Positions 19,564 through 28,107 of a stretch of 64,000 nt of DNA are shown piece by piece. Source of the DNA: Candidatus Omnitrophota bacterium (GTDB taxonomy: Bacteria > Omnitrophota > Gorgyraeia > Gygaellales > Profunditerraquicolaceae); assembly GCA_028715785.1 (NCBI GenBank), contig JAQURC010000006.1, positions 21,630 through 85,629 of the forward strand. The letters are read 5' to 3'. The position numbers and the translations under genes were made by a program. The notes below the pieces were generated by a model. It was not told where the DNA came from and did no database searches. It was given only the letters and a program-made list of their open reading frames with translations. Position 1 is the stretch's first letter; each line of letters starts with the position of its first letter.

Positions 19564-20595
19564 ATGGCACGTATTAAAAAAGCAGTATCTGCCTCCAGAA
19601 ATAATTCTATTGTTGATGTCGCGCGGGCCAGCGGAGTATCCATTACTACCGTTTCCCGGGTAATCAATAAGATCGGCTCGGTCAAAGAATCCAACCGTAT
19701 AAAAGTAATGAATGCGGTCCGTGAATTGAAATTCCAGCCGTCTGTCTTTGCGCAGCGCCTGGCAACCGGCAAAAGCAATGTTGTGGCTTTGGTGATCCCG
19801 CGCTATGAAGGGGTATTTTATTCATTCTATGCCCTGGAGCTTATCCGCGGGGTAGGCACGATGTGCGAAGCTCTCAAGCTGGATTTACTTTTGCATTTAA
19901 CCGATGCGCGCTCTCCATTATCTCTGCGCGGAGTAGGCGGGATAATCTTTTCCGATATTATCGGTAACCGCGCCCAGTTGGAGGAATGTTTGGCAAAAGG
20001 CATACCCAGCGTCGTGATTAATTATTATGTGGATGATTTGGACGTTTCATGTATCGCCATCGATAACGCAGGCGGTGCCGAGAGGGCGGTTAATTATTTG
20101 ATCGAGCTGGGGCATCGAAAAATAGCGCATATTACCGGGGACGTAATGACCCAGGCGGCAGCCAAGCGCCTGGAGGGTTATAAGCACGCACTAACGAAAA
20201 ATAATATCAAGGTCAGGGAGGATTATATATTCCACACCGATTATTCCCGCGGGGCGGCAAGGAGCGCGGCCGAGAAGTTGATCAAGGCGGCGGATCCGGC
20301 AACCGCTGTATTTGTCGCCTCGGATGCGATGGCCCTGGAAGTAATGGCTGTGGCCCGTGAGTCAGGCAAGAATATTCCGGATGATTTATCGATTGTCGGT
20401 TTTGATGATAATCCTTCGGGGCTTTATGGCCCGGTCGGGCTTACTACCGTGCGCCAGCCGTTGATCCGGATGGCCGAAGAAAGCGTTAAAGAATTGAACC
20501 GGCTGATTGTCTTAAATAAAAATGCGCCAAAAAAGATCCTGCTTCCGGCGGAATTAGTGATCCGGGAGTCCTGCAAGCCTTTTTCCGGCGGATAA
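19564..20595 (+). CDS. LacI/GalR-family transcriptional regulator
   Basis: HTH SIVDVARASGVSITTVSRVIN plus a periplasmic-binding-protein-like sugar-binding core. Confidence 0.85.
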   Translation: MARIKKAVSASRNNSIVDVARASGVSITTVSRVINKIGSVKESNRIKVMNAVRELKFQPSVFAQRLATGKSNVVALVIPRYEGVFYSFYALELIRGVGTMCEALKLDLLLHLTDARSPLSLRGVGGIIFSDIIGNRAQLEECLAKGIPSVVINYYVDDLDVSCIAIDNAGGAERAVNYLIELGHRKIAHITGDVMTQAAAKRLEGYKHALTKNNIKVREDYIFHTDYSRGAARSAAEKLIKAADPATAVFVASDAMALEVMAVARESGKNIPDDLSIVGFDDNPSGLYGPVGLTTVRQPLIRMAEESVKELNRLIVLNKNAPKKILLPAELVIRESCKPFSGG

Positions 20596-20603
20596 GCTTT
20601 TCC

Positions 20604-20648
20604 TACAATCTATTGTATATTGCATAAATATCTATACAATATGTTGTA
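20604..20648 (+). promoter_or_regulatory. Two NrdR-box-like palindromes upstream of nrdJ
   Basis: TACAATCTATTGTA (20604-20617) and TACAATATGTTGTA (20635-20648). Centres are 31 bp apart. Confidence 0.55.
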
Positions 20649-20656
20649 ATTTTTTA

Positions 20657-20685
20657 TTGACAACCGTTGCCTCCTTTGTTATATT
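20657..20685 (+). promoter_or_regulatory. Sigma-70-type promoter for nrdJ
   Basis: TTGACA (20657-20662), 17-nt spacer, TATATT (20680-20685). Confidence 0.55.
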
Positions 20686-20731
20686 GCTTAAGTAATTTGT
20701 CGTTAACCTTCCTAAATATTCGAGGTGAAAA

Positions 20732-23026
20732 ATGGAATTAAAGTTATCCCCCAACGCCGTCAAAGTCCTTGAGCGCAGGTATCTGCGCAAGGATCAAGAG
20801 GGTAAACTTATCGAAACCCCGGAGCAGTTGTTTGCCCGCGTAGCCGGCGCCATTGCTATCGCGGATAAACAATACGGCGCATCAGAACAGGATGTAAAAC
20901 TTCTTACGGAGGCATTTTTTAAGATGATGGCCAATTTAGAATTCCTGCCTAATTCCCCGTGCCTGATGAACGCGGGAAAAGAATTAGGGCAGCTTTCCGC
21001 CTGCTTTACCCTTCCCATCGAAGATTCGATGGAATCCATTTTTGAAACCTTAAAAGTTACCAGCCTTATCCATAAATCCGGCGGCGGCACAGGTTTTAAT
21101 TTTTCACGCCTGCGCCCCAAGAATGCCGTAGTCAAAACTACCGGCGGAGTAGCCAGCGGGCCGATTTCATTTATGCGCGTCTATGATGCGGCAACCGAGG
21201 CGGTCAAACAGGGCGGCACACGCCGGGGCGCAAATATGGGGATTCTGCGCGTGGACCATCCGGATATCCTGGAGTTTATTACCTGCAAGGAAAACAATAA
21301 TCATATTACTAATTTTAATATTTCCGTTGCCATTACCGATGAGTTTATGCAGAGATTGGCCAAGGGCGAGGATTATGACTTGATCGATCCGCACACGCAT
21401 AAGCCGGTGCAGAAAATCAACAGTAAAGATGTATTTAATTTAATCGTAAAACAGGCGCACAAAAACGGGGAGCCCGGGATTATCTTTATTGACCGGATTA
21501 ACCAGTATAACCCCACTCCGAAATTAGGGGAGATTGAAAGTACCAATCCCTGCGGTGAACAGCCTCTCTTGCCTTATGAAAGCTGCGATTTAGGCTCGAT
21601 AAACCTGGACCAGATGTGCAAAAAATCCGGGGCACGCTGCGAGATCAATTGGGAGAGGTTAAAAGAGGTTACGGCTTTAGCGGTGCATTTTCTGGATAAT
21701 CTGATCGATGTGAATAAATTCCCGCTTCCGGAGATCGAGGAGGCCACCAAGGCCACTCGGAAGATCGGCTTAGGGGTTATGGGCTGGGCAAGCTTATTGA
21801 TCCGCCTGAATATCCCTTATAATAGCGAAGAGGCCGTGGCTTTGGGGGAAAAAGTAATGTCATTTATCCTGGAGGAAGCCAATAAAAAATCCCTGGAATT
21901 GGGGAAAAATAAAGGCGTATTCCCGGCTTTTAAAGGAAGTATTTATGATAAAAAAGACGGTTCAAGCAGGATGCGCAGCGCCACGCTGACAACCATCGCC
22001 CCCACGGGGACGATCAGTATCATCGCCGGCCCCTGTTCTTCGGGAATCGAGCCTTTATTCGCCCTCTCATATTATCGTAATGTCATGGACAATGATAAGC
22101 TGGTGGAGGTGGAGCCGTTATTTGAGCAGGTTGCGCGGCAAAGAGGGTTCTATAGCACCAAGCTTATGGAAAAGATTGCCGAGAGCGCTTCAATAAAAGA
22201 TATTAAGGAGATTCCCGAAGATGTGCGCAGGATTTTTGTGACCAGCCACGACATCGCTCCTGAATGGCATGTGCGGATGCAGGCAGCTTTCCAGAAATAT
22301 GTGCATAATGCGACAAGCAAGACGATTAATTTTCCGCATGAGGCAACTATTGAGGAAGTGCGCAAATCTTATATCATGGCGTTTGATTTAAATTGCAAAG
22401 GCATAACTATTTACCGCGATAAGAGCCGCGAGGAGCAGGTGTTAAATGTCGGCAAGCCCAAGGAAAAGCAGGAAAGAATTATTCATGAGATCAAGAAAGA
22501 GATTGCCCCGCGCCCGCGGCCGGAAGTAATTATCGGCACGACCACCAAGGTTTCTACCGGTTGCGGCAATCTTTACGTGACCATAAATATCGACGAGGAC
22601 GGCAAACCCTTTGAGTTATTTACCCAGATGGGTAAGGCCGGCGGTTGCGCCGCCAGCCAGCTGGAAGCAACCGGACGACTGGTTTCTTTGGCTTTTCGCG
22701 CCAATATCGAGGTAAAGTCTATTATCGAGCAATTACGTAATATCCGCTGCCCGTCTCCCTCCTGGGAAAAGGGGCAGAGAATATTTTCTTGCGCTGATGC
22801 CATTGCCCGGGTTATCGAGCGCCGGCTGATCAATACGCAGCCAGTTGCTATGGTTGCCGCAGAATCCGCGACCATTCCGATGAAGCATTCGCACGATGAC
22901 CAATTACAATCATCGGATTTGGATGAGCAGGTCAATATTGTGGGAATGTGCCCTGATTGCGGAGGCGCCCTGCGTCATGAAGAAGGCTGCGTCAAATGCC
23001 ATGGCTGCGGATATTCCAAGTGTTAA
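20732..23026 (+). CDS. nrdJ: Class II (adenosylcobalamin-dependent) ribonucleotide reductase
   Basis: LPNSPCLMNAG, TNPCGEQPL, C-terminal CPDCGG...CVKCHGCGYSKC zinc ribbon; 764 aa. Confidence 0.9.
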   Translation: MELKLSPNAVKVLERRYLRKDQEGKLIETPEQLFARVAGAIAIADKQYGASEQDVKLLTEAFFKMMANLEFLPNSPCLMNAGKELGQLSACFTLPIEDSMESIFETLKVTSLIHKSGGGTGFNFSRLRPKNAVVKTTGGVASGPISFMRVYDAATEAVKQGGTRRGANMGILRVDHPDILEFITCKENNNHITNFNISVAITDEFMQRLAKGEDYDLIDPHTHKPVQKINSKDVFNLIVKQAHKNGEPGIIFIDRINQYNPTPKLGEIESTNPCGEQPLLPYESCDLGSINLDQMCKKSGARCEINWERLKEVTALAVHFLDNLIDVNKFPLPEIEEATKATRKIGLGVMGWASLLIRLNIPYNSEEAVALGEKVMSFILEEANKKSLELGKNKGVFPAFKGSIYDKKDGSSRMRSATLTTIAPTGTISIIAGPCSSGIEPLFALSYYRNVMDNDKLVEVEPLFEQVARQRGFYSTKLMEKIAESASIKDIKEIPEDVRRIFVTSHDIAPEWHVRMQAAFQKYVHNATSKTINFPHEATIEEVRKSYIMAFDLNCKGITIYRDKSREEQVLNVGKPKEKQERIIHEIKKEIAPRPRPEVIIGTTTKVSTGCGNLYVTINIDEDGKPFELFTQMGKAGGCAASQLEATGRLVSLAFRANIEVKSIIEQLRNIRCPSPSWEKGQRIFSCADAIARVIERRLINTQPVAMVAAESATIPMKHSHDDQLQSSDLDEQVNIVGMCPDCGGALRHEEGCVKCHGCGYSKC

Positions 23027-23034
23027 ATATTTAA

Positions 23035-23091
23035 GGGGACGTGCCAAAAGGGGACACCCTCTTAAAGGGTGTCCCCCAAGAGGACGTCCCC
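23035..23091. repeat. Family C nested hairpin, copy 1 (after nrdJ)
   Basis: GGGGACGT...GGGACACCCT-ctta-AGGGTGTCCC...ACGTCCCC. Outer 8-bp and inner 10-bp stems. Confidence 0.8.
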
Positions 23092-23114
23092 GACTACACC
23101 TCTAATTATTTTCC

Positions 23115-24941
23115 ATGGATAATTTTGATGTAATTATTGTCGGTGCCGGCCATGCCGGCATCGAGGCAAGCTTGGCGTGCGCCCGGCTTGGCGCTAAAAC
23201 CTTGATGCTTACCTTGGATATTAATTCCATCGGTAGGATGAGCTGTAATCCGGCTATCGGCGGGGTAGGCAAGGGCCAGCTGGTAAAAGAAATCGATGCT
23301 TTAGGCGGCCAGATGGGCCGGGCTGCCGATGCCTGCGCGATCCAGTTCCGTATCCTTAACTCCTCAAAAGGCGCGGCGGTGCAGTCATCACGGGCCCAGA
23401 TCGATATGCATAAATATAGCCGTTATATGCGGCGTATAGTTTTACATCAGAAAAATTTAACGGTAAAAGAGGCAGAGGCAAAGAAATTAATCGTTAGAGA
23501 TGGCAGGGTTTTAGGAGTAGTTACGGATAAGGGGGAGATTGGCTCTAAATGCGTAATTATTTGCCCGGGGACATTTTTAGACGGTATAATTCATATAGGG
23601 TTAAAACATTTCAGCGCCGGCCGGATTAATGAACGCGCTTCCGTGGGGCTGGCGGATCACCTGAAAAGTTTAGGTTTTAACACCTTGCGTTTTAAAACCG
23701 GGACCTGCCCGCGCCTGAATAAGCATACCATTAATTTTTCCAATCTAATAATCCAGGAAGGGGATTTAATCCCCAAGCCGTTTTCGTTCTCAACAAAAAA
23801 CATAAAGCAAAAACAGGTTTGCTGCCACATTACTTATACCAATAAAAATACGCATGAGTTAATTCGGGCTAACCTCAACCGCTCCCCGCTTTATGCCGGT
23901 ATAATCAAAGCTACGGGCGTCAGATATTGCCCGTCGATCGAGGACAAAATCGTTAAATTCGCGGATAAAGAACGCCATCAGGTATTTTTAGAGCCCGAAG
24001 GTTTAGGAGTGGATGAAATTTATCCTAACGGCATATCCACCAGTTTACCCGAAGATGTGCAGCTTAAGCTTTTGCATTCTATTGCAGGGTTAGAGACAAC
24101 AAAGGTCATCCGTTTTGGTTATGGCATTGAACATACCGTGGTTGACTCCACTCAGCTTTACCCCAGCCTGGAAACAAAATTAATCAAAAATCTTTTTTTT
24201 GCCGGACAGATTAACGGCACAACCGGTTATGAAGAAGCAGCGGCCCAGGGATTGGTCGCCGGAATTAATGCCGCCCTGCGCCTTAAAGATAAAGAAGCTT
24301 TTATTCTGGACCGCTCAAGCAGCTATATCGGCGTGTTAATCGATGATTTAACCACTAAAGGCACGGCTGAACCATACCGCATGTTTACCTCAAGGGTGGA
24401 ATACCGTTTAATTATCCGCGAGGACAACGCGGACTTGCGTTTAGCCAAGGCAGGCTTTGATTTAGGTTTGGTAAAAAAAGATGTTTACCGTAAAATAAAA
24501 AAGAAAGCCCAGGGTATTAAAGAAGGCCTGATTTTTTTAAGAAAAACCCGGATTAATTGCGCTCCTTTTCATAAACCGTTAACTTTGGAAAAATTATTAA
24601 AACGGCCGCAGATAAGCATCAAAGATGTAAATAAGCTGCATAAATTAAAACCGGCGATACCTGAATCCGCTTGGCGGCAGGTTGAAATTGAGGTAAAATA
24701 TGCCGGGTTTATCCAAAGGCAAGAGAAGGATGTGGAACGGTTTAAGCATATAGAGAAAATCAAGCTCCCGGCGAATTTTGATTACGGCAGTTTAGCCGGC
24801 ATATCCCGGGAGATAAGGGAGAAGTTGTCTAAATTTAGGCCGCTTAATTTGGGCCAGGCCTCGCGTATTTCAGGGGTTACGCCTGCGGCAATTTCCCTGC
24901 TTATGGTTTATTTGAGAAAACTAAAAGGCTGTCCAAGTTAG
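23115..24941 (+). CDS. mnmG: tRNA uridine-5-carboxymethylaminomethyl modification enzyme MnmG/GidA
   Basis: FDVIIVGAGHAGIEA FAD motif. Full-length (608 aa) GidA-like sequence, including the C-terminal SGVTPAAISLL. Confidence 0.95.
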   Translation: MDNFDVIIVGAGHAGIEASLACARLGAKTLMLTLDINSIGRMSCNPAIGGVGKGQLVKEIDALGGQMGRAADACAIQFRILNSSKGAAVQSSRAQIDMHKYSRYMRRIVLHQKNLTVKEAEAKKLIVRDGRVLGVVTDKGEIGSKCVIICPGTFLDGIIHIGLKHFSAGRINERASVGLADHLKSLGFNTLRFKTGTCPRLNKHTINFSNLIIQEGDLIPKPFSFSTKNIKQKQVCCHITYTNKNTHELIRANLNRSPLYAGIIKATGVRYCPSIEDKIVKFADKERHQVFLEPEGLGVDEIYPNGISTSLPEDVQLKLLHSIAGLETTKVIRFGYGIEHTVVDSTQLYPSLETKLIKNLFFAGQINGTTGYEEAAAQGLVAGINAALRLKDKEAFILDRSSSYIGVLIDDLTTKGTAEPYRMFTSRVEYRLIIREDNADLRLAKAGFDLGLVKKDVYRKIKKKAQGIKEGLIFLRKTRINCAPFHKPLTLEKLLKRPQISIKDVNKLHKLKPAIPESAWRQVEIEVKYAGFIQRQEKDVERFKHIEKIKLPANFDYGSLAGISREIREKLSKFRPLNLGQASRISGVTPAAISLLMVYLRKLKGCPS

Positions 24942-25014
24942 TGTCATTGCCAGGAGCGTAGCGACGAAGCAATCTAATACGAGATTGCTTCGCCCTTCGG
25001 GCTCGCAATGACAC
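24941..25014. repeat. Family B, copy 3
   Basis: GTGTCATTGCCAGG...CGAAGCAATC-taatacga-GATTGCTTCG...CTCGCAATGACAC. Begins at the mnmG stop and supplies the ATG at 25008. Confidence 0.85.
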
Positions 25015-25025
25015 GCTATTTTAGA

Positions 25026-25703
25026 ATGGATAAAAATAAGAACTATTCAATTTTAAAGAAATTCTGCCTCGATGAAGGTATTGATCTTTTTGGGGTTGCC
25101 GATATAAGCCGGATAAGGGGTGAATTTAAGATCTCTCCCAAAATTTCGCAGAATTTCGACAAGGCTATTTGTTTGGGGGTCATGCTTTCCGCAGCCGTGC
25201 TTTCCGAAATAGATATTGTGCCTACCAAGCTGTATTTCCATCATTATAAAATAGTAAATTCTTTCCTGGACCACATAGCTTTAAGATTATGTAATATAAT
25301 CCAGAAGCGGGGTTTTTTGGCCCTTGCCGTCCCCGCGACCCAAATCATTGATTGGGAAAATAACATTGCGCATCTTTCGCACCGGAAATTAGGGGTTTTG
25401 GCCGGGTTGGGCTGGATTGGCCGGAATAACCTTTTGGTGAACGAGAGATTAGGCAGCCAATTCCGCTTGGTTTCGGTATTAACCAACATGCCGTTAAAGG
25501 CAGATGAGTTAAGTAAAAAAGATTGTGGGCAGTGCAGGCTTTGTGTTAAGATATGCCCGTCAGGGGCGATTCAGGATAATCCGGCGGATTTTGACCATGT
25601 TAAATGTTTTGAAAAACTCAAGAGTTTTCAGAAACAGCGCCAGGTTGAGCAGTTTGTCTGCGGAGTATGCGTGAATGTTTGCAAAGGCAAGGAAAAACAA
25701 TAG
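25026..25703 (+). CDS. QueG-like 4Fe-4S protein (epoxyqueuosine reductase family, short form)
   Basis: HRKLGVLAGLGWIGRNNLLVNERLGSQFRL and CGQCRLCVKICPSGAI. The track start at 25008 lies inside a repeat, so Met at 25026 is preferred. Confidence 0.5.
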   Translation: MDKNKNYSILKKFCLDEGIDLFGVADISRIRGEFKISPKISQNFDKAICLGVMLSAAVLSEIDIVPTKLYFHHYKIVNSFLDHIALRLCNIIQKRGFLALAVPATQIIDWENNIAHLSHRKLGVLAGLGWIGRNNLLVNERLGSQFRLVSVLTNMPLKADELSKKDCGQCRLCVKICPSGAIQDNPADFDHVKCFEKLKSFQKQRQVEQFVCGVCVNVCKGKEKQ

Positions 25704-26396
25704 ATGAAAGAAAAAATATTAATCGTCGAGGATGAAAGAGATATCATTAAGATGCTTGAGTATAACCTTAAGAAGGAGGGTTTTAAGGTTATTAGCGCCG
25801 GTGACGGTGAGGATGCTTTGGACCTGGCGGTGCGCGGGCAGCCGGACCTTATTTTGCTGGATTTGATGCTTCCGGGAATGGACGGCCTGGAGGTATGCAA
25901 GGCCTTAAAAAAAGAAAGCAAGGCCGCAGCTATACCGATAATTATGCTTACGGCCAAAGGCCAGGAATCGGATAAAGTGGTCGGTTTAGAATTAGGCGCG
26001 GATGATTATATGACCAAGCCGTTTAGCGTGCGCGAACTGATCGCCCGTATCAAGGCGGTCCTGCGCCGGGTAGCTGAAAAAGAAAAACTTCCGGAGATAT
26101 TCCAAGCCGGGGATTTAAAAATAGATTTTGCCAAAATATCCGTAACGGTCAAGGATAAGCCGGTTGAGTTAACGGCCAAGGAGTTTGAGCTTTTAAGGAC
26201 TTTGCTTGCCGCCAAAGGCAGGGTCTTATCGCGGGATTATCTATTAGACACAATTTGGGGTTTTGATCATGCGATGGAGATCCAGACGCGCACAGTCGAT
26301 GTGCATATCCGCACCCTGCGTAAAAAACTAAAAAACGCATCCAAATATATTCTAACAGTGAAAAATTACGGTTACCGTTTTGAGGTAGAGGGATAA
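25704..26396 (+). CDS. phoB: OmpR/PhoB-family response regulator
   Basis: Receiver (LLDLMLPGMDG, TAKG, MTKPF) plus winged-helix output (TVDVHIRTLRKKL, VKNYGYRF). Adjacent to a PhoR-like kinase and the pst genes. Confidence 0.75.
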   Translation: MKEKILIVEDERDIIKMLEYNLKKEGFKVISAGDGEDALDLAVRGQPDLILLDLMLPGMDGLEVCKALKKESKAAAIPIIMLTAKGQESDKVVGLELGADDYMTKPFSVRELIARIKAVLRRVAEKEKLPEIFQAGDLKIDFAKISVTVKDKPVELTAKEFELLRTLLAAKGRVLSRDYLLDTIWGFDHAMEIQTRTVDVHIRTLRKKLKNASKYILTVKNYGYRFEVEG

Positions 26397-26399
26397 AAA

Positions 26400-27509
26400 T
26401 TGTTCAATTCCCGCCTAAAGAAAAAAATATCCGAGCTGGATTCCGAACTGGAAATATTCAAGCAGCGCATCGACCTTTTAGAAAATGAGAACAACCGCAT
26501 ACATGCCATATTAAACAGTATGGTTGAGGGGGTAATCGCGGTAGATAAAGACACGCGTGTTCTTTGGCTTAATCCAACAGCCGAAAATATTTTTAATATC
26601 TCCCAAAAGAACGCGCAAGGTAAGATTTTTCTAGAGGTATTCCCTAACAATGATATTGCTGATGTAATTGCCTTGGTCTTAAAAGGCAAAGAACCCGTTT
26701 CTAAAGAGCTGGCTCTTATTTGGCCGGTACAAAAAGTATTCCAGGTGAATGCCTCCCCGATTTTTGAATCCAAAGTAACCAGCGGCTGCCTTTTAGTCAT
26801 CCACGATATTACCGAGATCAGGCGCCTTGAGACGATGCGCCGGGATTTTGTGGCCAATGTTTCGCACGAGTTGAAAACGCCGCTTACCTCGATAAAAGGT
26901 TTTGTGGAAACCCTGCTTGAGGGGGCCCTGGAGGACAAAGAAAACAGCGTCAATTTCCTCAAGATCATCAATACCCACGCTGACAGGCTGAATACTTTAA
27001 TTAATGACCTGCTGGATCTTTCGCATATCGAATCCAAAGAAATTGTGCTTAAAAAAGATAAATTTGATTTAGCCGGGCTTGTCAATGAGGTTATATCGGG
27101 ATTTAAGTCTCAGGCAAAAAAGAAAGGGATAGAGATCAATTCGGCATTACCCCAAGGCCTGGAAATTTTTGCCGATAAGAGCAAGATCGAACAAGTTTTC
27201 ACTAACCTGGTTAATAATGCAATAAAATACAATAAAGAGAACGGTTTTGTGCGTATTTATTCTGAGCAGCTTGCCGATAAAATAAAAATTGTTGTCGAAG
27301 ATTCCGGTTCAGGCATACCCGCAAAAGATATCCCCCGTATTTTTGAGCGCTTTTACCGCGTCGATAAAGCCCGCTCCCGCCAGCTTGGAGGCACCGGCCT
27401 TGGGCTTTCTATTGTTAAGCATATCATCGAACTGCATGGCGGTAATGTTGGAGTGGAAAGCACCGAAGGCTTAGGCTCCAAATTTTGGTTTATCCTGCCA
27501 ATTTCCTAA
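26400..27509 (+). CDS. phoR: PhoR-like sensor histidine kinase, soluble (no TM segment)
   Basis: TTG start. Coiled coil plus PAS, H-box FVANVSHELKTPLTSIKGF, HATPase motifs (NLVNNAIKY, DSGSGI, GGTGLGLSIV). Confidence 0.7.
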   Translation: MFNSRLKKKISELDSELEIFKQRIDLLENENNRIHAILNSMVEGVIAVDKDTRVLWLNPTAENIFNISQKNAQGKIFLEVFPNNDIADVIALVLKGKEPVSKELALIWPVQKVFQVNASPIFESKVTSGCLLVIHDITEIRRLETMRRDFVANVSHELKTPLTSIKGFVETLLEGALEDKENSVNFLKIINTHADRLNTLINDLLDLSHIESKEIVLKKDKFDLAGLVNEVISGFKSQAKKKGIEINSALPQGLEIFADKSKIEQVFTNLVNNAIKYNKENGFVRIYSEQLADKIKIVVEDSGSGIPAKDIPRIFERFYRVDKARSRQLGGTGLGLSIVKHIIELHGGNVGVESTEGLGSKFWFILPIS

Positions 27510-27543
27510 TTACCACAATATCTTCTCGAGTGTCATTTTTAAT

Positions 27544-27597
27544 TTTACCCAGATTTTACCTCTCTTTGAAGTAGATTTAACCCCTTTATTTTATACT
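27544..27597 (+). promoter_or_regulatory. Pho-box array plus -10 element (R1)
   Basis: TTTACC-cagat-TTTACC-tctct-TTGAAG-tagat-TTAACC at 27544/27555/27566/27577 (11-bp phase). TATACT at 27592-27597 lies 9 nt after the last repeat. Confidence 0.6.
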
Positions 27598-27603
27598 TTG
27601 GCC

Positions 27604-28002
27604 ATGGTTAAGAAAATAATGATCGTAGAAGATGATAAAGATGTCAACGACCTTATTGCCTATAACCTGCGCAAAGAGGATTTTTATGTGGAGCAGGCTT
27701 TTGACGGCTTAAGTGCACAGGAGAGAATTAGAAAAGAAAGTTTTAATATTGTTATTCTCGATATTATGCTGCCCGGCATAGATGGGTTTGATATATGCAA
27801 ACTGATAAAAGATGACCCGCGGAATTTTCACACCTTTATTATAGTGGTGAGCGCTAAATCTCATGAACAGGATAAATTATATGCCCATCTTTTGGGGGCG
27901 GATTGTTATCTAAGCAAACCCTTCAATTTGGCAAGCTTATTAAGCACGGTAAGGGAAATAAGCGCCAACCTGGATAAAGAATTTTTAGTAAAAAGCAGAT
28001 AA
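27604..28002 (+). CDS. Single-domain response regulator (receiver only), PhoB-receiver paralogue
   Basis: IMIVEDDKDVNDLIAYNLRKEDF, LDIMLPGIDG, VSAKS, LSKPF. No output domain. The track start TTG 27598 is in frame; ATG 27604 is preferred. Confidence 0.8.
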   Translation: MVKKIMIVEDDKDVNDLIAYNLRKEDFYVEQAFDGLSAQERIRKESFNIVILDIMLPGIDGFDICKLIKDDPRNFHTFIIVVSAKSHEQDKLYAHLLGADCYLSKPFNLASLLSTVREISANLDKEFLVKSR

Positions 28003-28008
28003 ATTGAA

Positions 28009-28062
28009 TTTACACAGATTTTACCTGCGTTTAATTTAGAATCAATATGAAAAATGTAATAT
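28009..28062 (+). promoter_or_regulatory. Pho-box array plus -10 element (R2)
   Basis: TTTACA-cagat-TTTACC-tgcgt-TTAATT-tagaa-TCAATA at 28009/28020/28031/28042. TG-TAATAT at 28055-28062. Confidence 0.6.
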
Positions 28063-28107
28063 TGCAGTGATATCAGGGGAGGGTTAACAAAAAAAGGAGG
28101 GACAGGA

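Noticed and set aside
26372-27085. 237-aa minus-strand ORF antisense to the phoR-like gene
   Set aside because: It is the shadow frame of a kinase gene with clear H-box and ATPase motifs, and its product is a Ser/Leu-rich sequence with no recognisable features.
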